DNA of 64,000 bases from Candidatus Yanofskybacteria bacterium (GCA_016181175.1 JACOZV010000004.1:7718-71717); one strand, 5' to 3'. Shown: positions 49,076 to 58,747, counted from the first letter of the stretch. Numbers and translations are program-made. The notes: a model not told the origin generated them from the letters alone.

Positions 49076-49080
49076 GACAA

Positions 49081-50559
49081 TTACATTACCAACTTCCTAT
49101 ATGCCCCATCTAAAAAAGTGTCTATTGCTCTGATCTGATTATCTCTCCTTAAATCGAGGAGTGTTTTTATATCATCGTCGTCAAGCGCGATGATAAAACC
49201 TCGATCGTCGGACGCTGTATCTTTGCATCGTTGAATGAAGCGCGTCTTGTTGGTAAAACTCCTGCATATTAACAATCCGAATCTGCCACGATTAGTAGAA
49301 AACCTACCGGACAACTGGTCGAGTTCGGGGTTAGCCGGATCAGATGAGTAATTCTTACACTCAACAAAAATATAGCTTGATGGTACTCGCTTGTTCTGCG
49401 GTAATTCCCAAAAGAACCCTTTTTTTGCAGCGTTTTCGAAAACGATATCAACTTTCTTTCTCCTTTCATGTAGCGGCTGCTCCTTTTTCGGATTTATAAG
49501 AAACGGATAAAAAATGGCAGTGAGCGCCCCTTGAATATGGTTATGGAAATTGTCTGCGTCAGCATCACCAGTATCTATACGATCCAGTTCTGCTTTTAGA
49601 GCATCGAAGTCAAAAGCTGGGCGTGCACCTATAGCATCAATGTCTTCGTTACTAATTTCTTCGAGATTGTACTGTTTACTGTCGCGATATCGTCGCAAAA
49701 CTTCCGGATGATCTTTCGAAAAAGTGTAAAGAAATTGCTTCGAATGAGGGTGAAGTTCTTTGAGTGCCTTTTTTGTAGGCGGTCTACGCGTTCCATCTTT
49801 AAGCACCCTCACAAGGGCAGAGTTCGCGCTTAAATGCTCTTCCTGTAAAAAGTTTAGTACGAAATGCTGATAGTATTCCTGATGGCTAAACTCCAAACTA
49901 AAACGCGCAACTGCTTTAGGGACAAGTAAAACATTTCTATCATTACACACCGGAAGATTAACATACTCATTAGTCCATTCATTACGAACCGTATTCCAAA
50001 CAGTGCCGCTTGGTACGTTGTGCATTGTAATACCCCAAAATATACATTCGTTTTGGGTGTACTCGATTAACTTTCCGCGAATAATGTTAGTGGTCATGTC
50101 AGATATCTTGTCATGGCTGATGCCTTCGATAAGAAGTTCGCACTCTTCAAGATCTTTAAGAAACCCAGTTCTTACAGCCGAGCTTTCAGCCAACGCATCA
50201 TATAAATCGTTCGCCTGATCTCCTCCTACACCCCTACCTCTCGGGGATCCTCCAACAGACAAACCAAAACGAGTTTGATTCGGCTCTCGCAATCCTGAAA
50301 GCATGTATTTTGCGTCATCCTTTCTATCGGCTCTGATCAAGTCGATAACTCTTTGAAAAAAATTAACGATCTGATTGTGGCAATCGATTGACCACCTATC
50401 ATTCCGCTTTGAAAGAGCATAAGGATCAATAAACAAAGGAATATCCCCATTATTTATGGGAACATCGACAAAATCGAGTTCGTACTGGCTTTTACCAAGT
50501 CGGAAGTTCTCCGAAAAGGTTTCGTATCTTCTTGGTTGTTGTGTTCTTTGTCTTGGCAT
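49081..50559 (-). CDS. Hypothetical 492-aa protein with C-terminal PD-(D/E)xK restriction-endonuclease-like fold; candidate RM-associated effector/toxin
   Basis: C-terminal KKVDIVFENAAKKG...SYIFVECKNYSSD (D, E-x-K arrangement); N-terminal 330 aa unrecognised; starts 8 nt after hsdS stop. Confidence 0.5.
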   Translation of the reverse strand: MPRQRTQQPRRYETFSENFRLGKSQYELDFVDVPINNGDIPLFIDPYALSKRNDRWSIDCHNQIVNFFQRVIDLIRADRKDDAKYMLSGLREPNQTRFGLSVGGSPRGRGVGGDQANDLYDALAESSAVRTGFLKDLEECELLIEGISHDKISDMTTNIIRGKLIEYTQNECIFWGITMHNVPSGTVWNTVRNEWTNEYVNLPVCNDRNVLLVPKAVARFSLEFSHQEYYQHFVLNFLQEEHLSANSALVRVLKDGTRRPPTKKALKELHPHSKQFLYTFSKDHPEVLRRYRDSKQYNLEEISNEDIDAIGARPAFDFDALKAELDRIDTGDADADNFHNHIQGALTAIFYPFLINPKKEQPLHERRKKVDIVFENAAKKGFFWELPQNKRVPSSYIFVECKNYSSDPANPELDQLSGRFSTNRGRFGLLICRSFTNKTRFIQRCKDTASDDRGFIIALDDDDIKTLLDLRRDNQIRAIDTFLDGAYRKLVM

Positions 50560-50567
50560 GGTTCATG

Positions 50568-52250
50568 CTATTTGATCAATTTCTTATTCCAGCCCTTTGA
50601 TTTGATGAACTTGAGCGTGCCTTCGATTTCGGCTTTCCTAAACTTGTTTGGTTTCCATGCTTGAATCTTGTCATTGATCGTTGTGAGATCGTCGCTTTTT
50701 GCATCCTGCACAACCTTGCAGACGGTTGCCAAGCACTCAATTTGAGCGCTGGTGGAGTTTTTAATTGCCGGCATAAGATCATTAAGGACGGACTCCATGT
50801 TGCTCAAGATTTTTGAGTTGTATTTGAAGAGTTTACCGGAGTTAGCGCCTAAACCATAGACGCCGTTTTTTTGCTGAAAGAAGCCATTGCGAGGACTTGC
50901 GCCGGCGGTGATGGCTTTCTTAATCTGTAGATCGTAGGGGCCGAAGTTCTGCGAGGTAAAGCTGAAGCCGAGCGGTACCCTGTAAACTTCCTGCGCGAGA
51001 TATAAGAGCTTCGCCACAACCATTTCACCACGTTCAAAACGTTGCAACACCGCTCCGATGGCTTGCCACACCGGAAAGACACTTGCTTTGACAGGAACAG
51101 CAGCCACGCCCTCTTTTACCAACTCACCAGCAAGCGCTTTTGACAAGGCGGAATCAAAAAGTTCCTTCAGCTTCTCTTTTTGAACGAGAAGTCCTTTTTT
51201 ATACTCTTTAATAGCACTAAACCTCTCGGCAATGGCATGCTGGTCTGTCGTTGGTGGTACCATGATTTTTATTTTTTTAAGTGCGGTAGAGTTTACTGCG
51301 GCTTGATTTACCCACGGCGTGCATAGATAACGAAATCTATCGGTTGAATATAAGTATTGAAGATATATAGAGAAGTAGCGCGGATCTAATACTTTTTCGT
51401 TTGTGCGAATCCGAGTGATGTGATTTGAAAAGACATACTTGTAATCCTTGTCTATGTAAACGCTTTTTCCAACTAAACTAATACTGTTTGTATTATTAAA
51501 TAGGACATCACCACTCTTCAGGAAATAAGTTTCCGCATGTGGGTAATCCTGTGGAATATACTTGATGCTATCAAAGTTCAAACTACCGTCATCGCCGATA
51601 TTATTAGGTCTGATTTGTCCAATACCCTTCCCAACCGGACGGAAGGCAAAACCATTCGTAACATCGACTACTAACGCACCGATCTTTTCTTCCTTCCAGC
51701 TTTTTGACGATGATCCAAAAATCTTATTCAAAAGCGACTGAAAAAGCTGATCTGTTTTTTCAATAAGCGCATCATTGAGTTTTTGGGCTTCGCGGATAGA
51801 ATCAACACGTTCTGCAATTGCTTGTTGGGTATTTAAAGACGGCATTGGTACTCGTAAATTTTCAAGGAAGGTTCTATTCAAATGTGGTACTGCCGCTCCT
51901 TGCGCTGCTGATCTAATTTTTTGCTGATTAAATTGCAAAAGGTAAGCAAGGTATCGACTTTCCAGTGTTTCGTTATGAACCACTTTAGCAATCGTGGAAC
52001 CAACAAATCCTCTTAAACCGATACCAACGGTGCCGGCATAAGCACCATCCCAAACCAATAAAACATCGTCATTGTCGCATCGAACTCCGTTATTTTCTGA
52101 AGTGTAAAGCGTATATTGACCACTTCTTAAATTTTCAATGCCAATATAAGGCAAGGTGTCCTTTGCGGCTTCTGCTGCGGAAATCATCATTTTACCTTTC
52201 GCAAAAGAAATAAGTTCGCCTAATTTTTTTGTTTGATAATTACTTTGCAT
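50568..52250 (-). CDS. hsdS: Type I restriction-modification specificity subunit HsdS with ~180-aa C-terminal Panacea (DUF4065)-like extension
   Basis: Two TRD/conserved-repeat halves typical of HsdS (aa 1-380), then VVAKLLYLAQEVYRVPLGFSFTSQNFGPYDLQIKKAI resembling the Panacea KLQKLLYYAQ...GP motif; 560 aa versus ~400-450 for typical HsdS. Confidence 0.6.
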   Translation of the reverse strand: MQSNYQTKKLGELISFAKGKMMISAAEAAKDTLPYIGIENLRSGQYTLYTSENNGVRCDNDDVLLVWDGAYAGTVGIGLRGFVGSTIAKVVHNETLESRYLAYLLQFNQQKIRSAAQGAAVPHLNRTFLENLRVPMPSLNTQQAIAERVDSIREAQKLNDALIEKTDQLFQSLLNKIFGSSSKSWKEEKIGALVVDVTNGFAFRPVGKGIGQIRPNNIGDDGSLNFDSIKYIPQDYPHAETYFLKSGDVLFNNTNSISLVGKSVYIDKDYKYVFSNHITRIRTNEKVLDPRYFSIYLQYLYSTDRFRYLCTPWVNQAAVNSTALKKIKIMVPPTTDQHAIAERFSAIKEYKKGLLVQKEKLKELFDSALSKALAGELVKEGVAAVPVKASVFPVWQAIGAVLQRFERGEMVVAKLLYLAQEVYRVPLGFSFTSQNFGPYDLQIKKAITAGASPRNGFFQQKNGVYGLGANSGKLFKYNSKILSNMESVLNDLMPAIKNSTSAQIECLATVCKVVQDAKSDDLTTINDKIQAWKPNKFRKAEIEGTLKFIKSKGWNKKLIK

Positions 52251-52869
52251 AAGAATGCGCAGAGTATTGAATTCTACCTACGCGGTTTAATAAGCGCGTA
52301 TCCCGAACTTTTAAGTTTTCACCATCTTTATCGAATGGCCTTATTTCTGCTTTCCAAATAGATCTACAAAAAACAGTGTTCTGATCATTCATATATGTAA
52401 TTTCTAAACATACTGGTATCGCAAATTCAGCCATTTCATACCATTCTCTAAAATTTTTTATGAGTTGAAGTTTGATTCTAAATGACTCATCCTCTGTGGT
52501 CTGATAGAGGGGCACCTTATGATATCTTTCTTCTGCGATGGGCATACCGGTCGCTTTGGGTTGGGAGATATTAAAAGCCGATCCGCGACCAGAATTGAAA
52601 CAGTCAAACTCTATGGAAAAAACTATTTCAAAATGATTCGCATCAGCACGGATTATGCTTCCGGCATCCATCACACCATATCCATGCTCTACTTCACTAT
52701 GTCTAACCCCAACCCATATTCTTAATGGACGCAAAATTAAGCTGGGTACTGTACTTAATGCAGAATTCCAATCTGCTTTTCTGATAGCTTTTATCGAAAT
52801 CCACAGTGAAACAACTGCGGTTATCCCGACTAAAATATCTGCCGTTTTAGAAATTATTTCAAAATTCAT
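52240..52869 (-). CDS. Hypothetical N-terminally TM-anchored protein (209 aa) inserted between hsdM and hsdS
   Basis: TM ILVGITAVVSLWISI; no recognisable domain; 6-nt gap to hsdM, 11-nt overlap with hsdS. Confidence 0.45.
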   Translation of the reverse strand: MNFEIISKTADILVGITAVVSLWISIKAIRKADWNSALSTVPSLILRPLRIWVGVRHSEVEHGYGVMDAGSIIRADANHFEIVFSIEFDCFNSGRGSAFNISQPKATGMPIAEERYHKVPLYQTTEDESFRIKLQLIKNFREWYEMAEFAIPVCLEITYMNDQNTVFCRSIWKAEIRPFDKDGENLKVRDTRLLNRVGRIQYSAHSYAK

Positions 52870-52875
52870 AATCTT

Positions 52876-54405
52876 TTATCCCAGTTTATCTGTCATCTCT
52901 TCTTGTAATTTTGTTAGATCTTTATTGATTTTCTCAATTTCTTTCAAAATAATTTTTGGCTCGCGGTGTTTTATCTCTTCTCCGATAGCATATGGGTTAT
53001 AAGTGTTTGCAGAAAGTATGTAATCATTTTCGATGATTTCTTTAACTGGCGTAAACCATGCAAGCTGTTTTTCAACTGCGCGGTTTTTATGCCAGAGTTC
53101 CAACAGCTTCGGAATATCATTTCTATATTGGCTGCCGAATTTTTTGGATGCTGAAAGCGATGAACCATCACCTTGCATATCAAAGAACCATACCTTTGCA
53201 GATTCATCGAGTTTCGGCACCGCCTTTTTTTTGAACACCAAGAAGGACGTTTTTACGCCGGCATACGGCTGAAACACGCCTGCCGGCATGGAAACAACCG
53301 CCTGTAAGTCCGTATTTTCAAGTAGAAAACGGCGGATCTCTTTATCATCGCGGTTGGTACCAAAAAATGAACCTTCGGGAAGGATTATGCCGGCTCTGCC
53401 ATTGGGCTTGAGCGAGTTTATAACATGACCCAAAAATAGAACCTGTGTTTTGGTTGATTTGACCGGCAAGGTTGGTTTTATACGTTCCCGATCAACCTTT
53501 CCAGAGAATGGTGGATTTGTAAGGACAATATCGAATGTGCGCAGATCATCCTCATCTTCAGATCCAGCAACCGTGTCTTTGCGCTTAATGTTCGCACTCT
53601 CTATGCCATGTAATATCAAATTCATAAGTGCTAACCGCACCATCTCCGGATCAACATCAGAACCCAAAAAGGTTTTTTTGGTTAGAAATTCCCACTGTTT
53701 TTTATCGAGCTTATCTCCAAACCCCCTCTTGTGTCCATTTTCCTCTTCAATGCTTTTGGGATCGCTATTTCTTAATCGGATCCAATCATAGCCGGAGATG
53801 AGGAAGCCACCAGAACCACACGCAGGATCATAAACAGTTTCGCCAATTTTTGGATTCACCATTTCAACTATGACGCGAACGATATGACGCGGAGTGAGAA
53901 ATTGTCCAAGTTCGCCGGCTGATTCAATACTTGCAAGCAGCTCTTCATAAAGATCGCCCTTAACATCTGTGTCTAATCCTGTTAAATTGATCGTGTCAAT
54001 AATTTCAATCGTGTTTTTTAATGTAACAGAATGGGGAATTTCGAGCTTCGCATCATAAAAAATTTGCCGTATGTTAGAGTGTCCATTTTGCAATCGCTCC
54101 ACAAAGGGAAATACCTCATCACGAACAATTTTATACAATTCATCGCCAGCTTTTTCTTTCCAGCGCGACCATCGGAATTTTTCGTTTTTGCCCTCGAAAA
54201 TTGATTTATGTTTACGCCCAGTAAGTTCTTCGCCTCTCTCCATAGAAATATCCTGTTCCTCAAGCATTTTCAAAAAAAACAAAAAGCTAATCTGCTGGAT
54301 CCTTCTCACAGGGTCTCGTAAACCTGCACCCCAAAGATAATCGTTCAGGCGATCTAATTTTTGGCGAAACTCTATTCTTAATTGTTGTATTTTTTGTTCG
54401 GGCAT
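52876..54405 (-). CDS. hsdM: Type I RM N6-adenine DNA methyltransferase subunit
   Basis: NPPF motif (VLTNPPFSGK), AdoMet motif DPACGSGGFL. Confidence 0.85.
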   Translation of the reverse strand: MPEQKIQQLRIEFRQKLDRLNDYLWGAGLRDPVRRIQQISFLFFLKMLEEQDISMERGEELTGRKHKSIFEGKNEKFRWSRWKEKAGDELYKIVRDEVFPFVERLQNGHSNIRQIFYDAKLEIPHSVTLKNTIEIIDTINLTGLDTDVKGDLYEELLASIESAGELGQFLTPRHIVRVIVEMVNPKIGETVYDPACGSGGFLISGYDWIRLRNSDPKSIEEENGHKRGFGDKLDKKQWEFLTKKTFLGSDVDPEMVRLALMNLILHGIESANIKRKDTVAGSEDEDDLRTFDIVLTNPPFSGKVDRERIKPTLPVKSTKTQVLFLGHVINSLKPNGRAGIILPEGSFFGTNRDDKEIRRFLLENTDLQAVVSMPAGVFQPYAGVKTSFLVFKKKAVPKLDESAKVWFFDMQGDGSSLSASKKFGSQYRNDIPKLLELWHKNRAVEKQLAWFTPVKEIIENDYILSANTYNPYAIGEEIKHREPKIILKEIEKINKDLTKLQEEMTDKLG

Positions 54406-54407
54406 AG

Positions 54408-56663
54408 TTATCGTGTACAGATCCTTTGGTTAAGCTCCGAGAGAGCGGATTGTAAAACACCTTCCTCAAACACTCGCAACGCATAATTAAGACCACCGAT
54501 TTGCCGGAAGATCGGCTCGTTGAATATGGAAATATCAACCGGCTCTTTGCGAACGATACATTGCGACTTTACCAAACGCAGGATTTTTATTTGATCGGAT
54601 GCAAAGTTTTTCTCGATTAGCCATGATTCAAAAAGCTGATTTACACGCTGCTCATGTAGTTGCTCTTCTGTAGGGAACTCCTTTGTTTTGAGTGCTGCTT
54701 GTATGAAGTCATTGAGCGTGCCTACCGGATAGCGATATGCTTCTCGCAAGTTTGCTTCGTTAAAATAGAACTCCGGAGAATTAAGTTTTTCGGAAAGGAA
54801 GGCGGTTTCGTCATTTGAAAGATCTTCGCCTTGTTTAACTTTTGAAATAAGCGGCTCGGTTTTAGCCATCTCTTGAACTTGCTGCTCCCATGCCACCTGA
54901 TAATCATCGGCATCAATTCTTTCGCCTTCTGCTCCAACTTCGATATGCGCACGCTGCATAACCACGTCCATGTTTTCGGGTGCTGTTTCCGGCACTTGAA
55001 CAAAAAGTCGCTTCACCACTTCTTCCTCTTCCTGCGTTAAATCTTCAGCTTCGGTTCCCCACGGAATACCAGCTTTAATTTTTGCATAGGCAGAATACGG
55101 ATCAAATCCTTCGTCATTGAAGTAACGAGTAACGCCAGCAAAGTCATAAATACGAAAAGATGTTTTGCTGATTTTTTGATATAATCGGCTGCCACGTCCT
55201 CGCATCTGTTGGTAAAGGATCGGGGAACGTGTAGGACGCGCCATGATCAAGTTTTCTACCATTGGGACATCGATGCCGGTATCCATCATACCCACCGAAA
55301 CCGCTACCATCGGCATTTCTTGGTGCTTAAAACGTCTTATGGCTCCACGAGGATCTTCGGTATCGGAAGTAATAACTTCAGCGTATCTTCCCTTATATTC
55401 CGGATATGTCTGATTGAGATAATACGCCAATTGCGCAGCGTGTTTTTTCGTAACAGCATAAAGAATGGTTTTGCGATGGTGTTTTGGTTCATGCTTTTCT
55501 TCTTCCTCTCTGAATGTTTTTGCCAATTGCTCGTTTCTTGCCGGCACATTGATTTTTCTCTCCAAATCTTCGGCGTTGTAATCTTCACCCTCAAATTGCA
55601 CACCTTCTAAAGACACTTTGGTGTCGATCTGTAAGATCTCATAACCAGCAAGAAATCCCTCTTTGATGCCTCGTCGAATACTGTATAGAAATGTCGGTTT
55701 ACCCTTTTTTTCACGCTCATCCCAACAACCAAAGAGCTTATAGGTGTTACGATCAATAAACACACTCGGCGTTGCTGTAAGACCTATCCGGATTGCGTCA
55801 AAATGCGATAGGACAGCGTTGTAGATGCCGAAGATGGATCTATGTGCTTCGTCCGAGATAACCACATCAAAATAACCACTTGTAAAATTCGATAGTTGCG
55901 AATAAAGAGTGGGAAGTGTCGAGATGATTATTGAGGATTCGTCTTTTTGCTTGCCTCCGTAAAGAAGCTTTGTAGGATAATCTTTCAAAATTTCATCAAA
56001 AACTTCCTTTGTTTGTATGCCTAAATCAATGCGATCAACAAGAAATAAAACACGCCGGATGAGATTCGCTTCAAACAGCCGTTTGAGATAAAGAGCTATG
56101 GTATCTGTCTTGCCAGTGCCGGTTGCCATAGCGATGAGCATTTTGCGCAAACCGCCCTCAATGGTTTTGTCCATGATCTGCATGGCCTCCTTTTGATATG
56201 GGCGTGGTGTGCGTAATTCGCCACCTTTAAAATAATTGTCGGGTACAGGAATGGCGGTTATCGGCTTTTGATCTATTCGTAGGGTTTGGATTTTTTCTAA
56301 ATCGCGTTGAGAAAAGAAGGTAATTACCTTTTGCTCTGGACGATATTTGTAATCCCAAAAATAAATATCCTCTCCATTGGAAAGGAAAATGAAATCGATA
56401 CCCAGCTCTTCTGCGTAGGTCAATGCCTGCTGTTTTGCCAATACTGGTTCAGTTGAAAACCGCTTTGCTTCGATAAGCCCGATGGCTCTGCCGCGTCTAT
56501 CCCTCAAGAAATAATCGGCACGTCCATCCTTCACCGGATCTTCGGTTGAAACTTGATTTTTATCCTCAATATCCCAGCCAGCTTCGCGGAGTTTGCGATC
56601 GATGACAATGCGAGCGTCCGTTTCTCTTGAGTTGTTATTGTTATTTGTCATATTCATTTTCAT
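54408..56663 (-). CDS. hsdR: Type I restriction enzyme R subunit (compact, 751 aa)
   Basis: N-terminal PD-(D/E)xK (DYFLRD...IEAKR), SF2 helicase Walker A MATGTGKTDT and DEAH-like VVISDEAHRS. Confidence 0.75.
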   Translation of the reverse strand: MKMNMTNNNNNSRETDARIVIDRKLREAGWDIEDKNQVSTEDPVKDGRADYFLRDRRGRAIGLIEAKRFSTEPVLAKQQALTYAEELGIDFIFLSNGEDIYFWDYKYRPEQKVITFFSQRDLEKIQTLRIDQKPITAIPVPDNYFKGGELRTPRPYQKEAMQIMDKTIEGGLRKMLIAMATGTGKTDTIALYLKRLFEANLIRRVLFLVDRIDLGIQTKEVFDEILKDYPTKLLYGGKQKDESSIIISTLPTLYSQLSNFTSGYFDVVISDEAHRSIFGIYNAVLSHFDAIRIGLTATPSVFIDRNTYKLFGCWDEREKKGKPTFLYSIRRGIKEGFLAGYEILQIDTKVSLEGVQFEGEDYNAEDLERKINVPARNEQLAKTFREEEEKHEPKHHRKTILYAVTKKHAAQLAYYLNQTYPEYKGRYAEVITSDTEDPRGAIRRFKHQEMPMVAVSVGMMDTGIDVPMVENLIMARPTRSPILYQQMRGRGSRLYQKISKTSFRIYDFAGVTRYFNDEGFDPYSAYAKIKAGIPWGTEAEDLTQEEEEVVKRLFVQVPETAPENMDVVMQRAHIEVGAEGERIDADDYQVAWEQQVQEMAKTEPLISKVKQGEDLSNDETAFLSEKLNSPEFYFNEANLREAYRYPVGTLNDFIQAALKTKEFPTEEQLHEQRVNQLFESWLIEKNFASDQIKILRLVKSQCIVRKEPVDISIFNEPIFRQIGGLNYALRVFEEGVLQSALSELNQRICTR

Positions 56664-56676
56664 TCTTGAGCTTGAT

Positions 56677-58476
56677 CTATAAATTCTCGTAATACCCCCT
56701 GATCTTTTTCGCCATGAGTTTGCGGCGTTCCTTCAAAAACCTTTCGTAATCCCCAAGCTCCATATTCTGAAAGCCATCCGGTATGCAATTCTGTTTTAGG
56801 TTCTCGGCGAGATCTTTTTTATCGGTTATGCCGCCATACTTGAGCTTGCCTCCTTCGGTTTGTTTCATTACTTCAGCCATGTACTCTTTGGGAGATTTTT
56901 TGCCGACTTTGATATTTATTTCAGATTGAGCATAAGTAAAGTTGCCAATCTGGTTGTAATCGCCCCTACTTAAGCCGCCTGCTTTCTTCAGGTATTCCTT
57001 TGGAAAGAGATGATGGATGTCGCCGCGATGACTGATCATATTACCAACGGTAATGTCGGTTGAAAGAAAGCCCCTGTCGTTATTTTTAACCTGTGCCGCA
57101 AAAAAAAGATTGAGAAATGGATTGCTGATGCTCGCCTTATCGAGTTCCTGAATAAGCTGCGCGTTCCAAAAAGCATCGGAGAGTTGCGCTTCTTCGATTG
57201 ATTTCAAAATCTCGCCAGCATCGCCATTGGAAATCTGCTTAATATCCGAATCAAATTGGCTTTCCGGTGATCCGGAATAACGTCCGGTGAGGATAGACAT
57301 CACAAACCAGCGTTGGACATACTTTTCGATCAAGCTTGGATCGACACTCTTATCGCGCAGCTTGAGATATAAAATATAGGCAAAGTTAAGAGCGTTTTGC
57401 GAATTGATAAGGTCGTTGCTTATAAAGCCGCAGGATTTGATGATCATTACAAACCGCTTGAAGTTTGTTTCATTTACAAAATCCAGTACCGCATCACGGA
57501 GTTTTTGGAAAGACGCATCCATTATGTCTTGCTCAAAACTGCGTGTTTCAAAGTTACGCCCCGAAAGCAGTCCGACAAGATCCGCCATCTTGCCTCGTTC
57601 AAATTGTTTGGTGAAACTCACACGCAACACATCGGAATAATCCGGATCGTAGAGGTCGTCATTTTCATCTTTAAGCCATGCAAGTTTTGAAAGGTAAACA
57701 GTTTTGTTAAACTCTGCATCATTTTCAGTTATGTGTTTGTAAAACTGCGGCTCGCGCGCAAGATGGCAAAAATAGTCGACACACTTTCTTAAATTAACGC
57801 CGAAATTATCCTCCTTGTCATAAGAAGCTATCTTCGACATGGCAAAGTCAGCTTGGCTTAATACAACACCTTTGGAATTGATACGGATAAAAATCTCGGT
57901 AACCGTTTCAATATCTAAACCGGCATCAAGTTCAATAAAACCAACCTGCTTGCTTTTGATCTGTAATAACTTCTCAATGTTCTTTTCAATGAGTTCACGA
58001 TTTACGTCAAGATTTTTGTCGCAATAGTCAGTTACATCTTTGAATAAGCCGCCGTCCTTACTCATAAGTTTTGAGATGTCAGCTATCCACGCCTTGTCCT
58101 TTTTTATTGCCGGTGTGAGTGTGGCAAATTCTTCTATGATGGGGTGAAATGCAATATAGATCCGTTCCTCCTTATAATCTTTATTGATAATGTTTTGACC
58201 GAGAATTGCCGCACGGAGAGCGGTAATGCGTTGCTGTCCGTCAATCAAGACCTTTTTGCCGTTGGAAATGGAGCCATCTTTAAGACGAACATCGGGGTTT
58301 TTCCATGCAATGATATAGCCGATCGGATAGCCACGATAAAGCGAATCCATCAGATCGCGCACCTTTGTCGAATCCCAAACAAACGGACGCTGGATTTCCG
58401 GTATAGCGATTTCCTTTTCCTGAACCCAATTCAGGATATTGCTCACAAAGTATTGATTGACTGTGTATTTTTGCAT
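56677..58476 (-). CDS. GmrSD-family Type IV (modification-dependent) restriction endonuclease: DUF262 + DUF1524
   Basis: DUF262 motifs IPEIQRPFVW and DGQQRITAL; C-terminal HNH-like DIHHLFPKEY; start taken at MQKYTVNQY. Confidence 0.75.
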   Translation of the reverse strand: MQKYTVNQYFVSNILNWVQEKEIAIPEIQRPFVWDSTKVRDLMDSLYRGYPIGYIIAWKNPDVRLKDGSISNGKKVLIDGQQRITALRAAILGQNIINKDYKEERIYIAFHPIIEEFATLTPAIKKDKAWIADISKLMSKDGGLFKDVTDYCDKNLDVNRELIEKNIEKLLQIKSKQVGFIELDAGLDIETVTEIFIRINSKGVVLSQADFAMSKIASYDKEDNFGVNLRKCVDYFCHLAREPQFYKHITENDAEFNKTVYLSKLAWLKDENDDLYDPDYSDVLRVSFTKQFERGKMADLVGLLSGRNFETRSFEQDIMDASFQKLRDAVLDFVNETNFKRFVMIIKSCGFISNDLINSQNALNFAYILYLKLRDKSVDPSLIEKYVQRWFVMSILTGRYSGSPESQFDSDIKQISNGDAGEILKSIEEAQLSDAFWNAQLIQELDKASISNPFLNLFFAAQVKNNDRGFLSTDITVGNMISHRGDIHHLFPKEYLKKAGGLSRGDYNQIGNFTYAQSEINIKVGKKSPKEYMAEVMKQTEGGKLKYGGITDKKDLAENLKQNCIPDGFQNMELGDYERFLKERRKLMAKKIRGYYENL

Positions 58477-58477
58477 A

Positions 58478-58666
58478 TTACTTTTTTGGTTTCTTGATAT
58501 TCGATCGAGAACGAATAAACGCCTCGAGATCGCTCTCGCTGATCCGCCAATAGCCGACTTTGGTCGCCTTGAGCCGCCCACTCGAAATATAGCGATACAA
58601 GGATCGCTCGCTAACTCGCAAATACTTTGCCGCTTCACGTAATGTAAGAAATTTCTTTTTGGTCAT
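58478..58666 (-). CDS. Excisionase/Xis-family helix-turn-helix DNA-binding protein (62 aa)
   Basis: LTLREAAKYLRVSERSLYRYISSGRLKATKVGYWRISESDLEAF matches the excisionase-type HTH. Confidence 0.65.
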   Translation of the reverse strand: MTKKKFLTLREAAKYLRVSERSLYRYISSGRLKATKVGYWRISESDLEAFIRSRSNIKKPKK

Positions 58667-58693
58667 AGGTCAATTGATTTCATTCTATCGCAA

Positions 58694-58715
58694 AAAAGCC
58701 ACATGGTCAAATGTG
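58694..58715. promoter_or_regulatory. Operator-like motif TGGTCAAATGTGGCAA.GTC.G (copy 1) upstream of the xis-like gene
   Basis: 18/20 identical to the copy at 59331-59352. Confidence 0.45.
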
Positions 58716-58747
58716 GCAAAGTCGGTTATCTTCCTAAAAGGCAGGTG

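Noticed and set aside
54722-55003. Small ORFs inside hsdR/hsdM on either strand (e.g. 54722-55003, 55209-55610, 54018-54263)
   Set aside because: Fully contained within the SF2-helicase/methyltransferase coding sequences in other frames.
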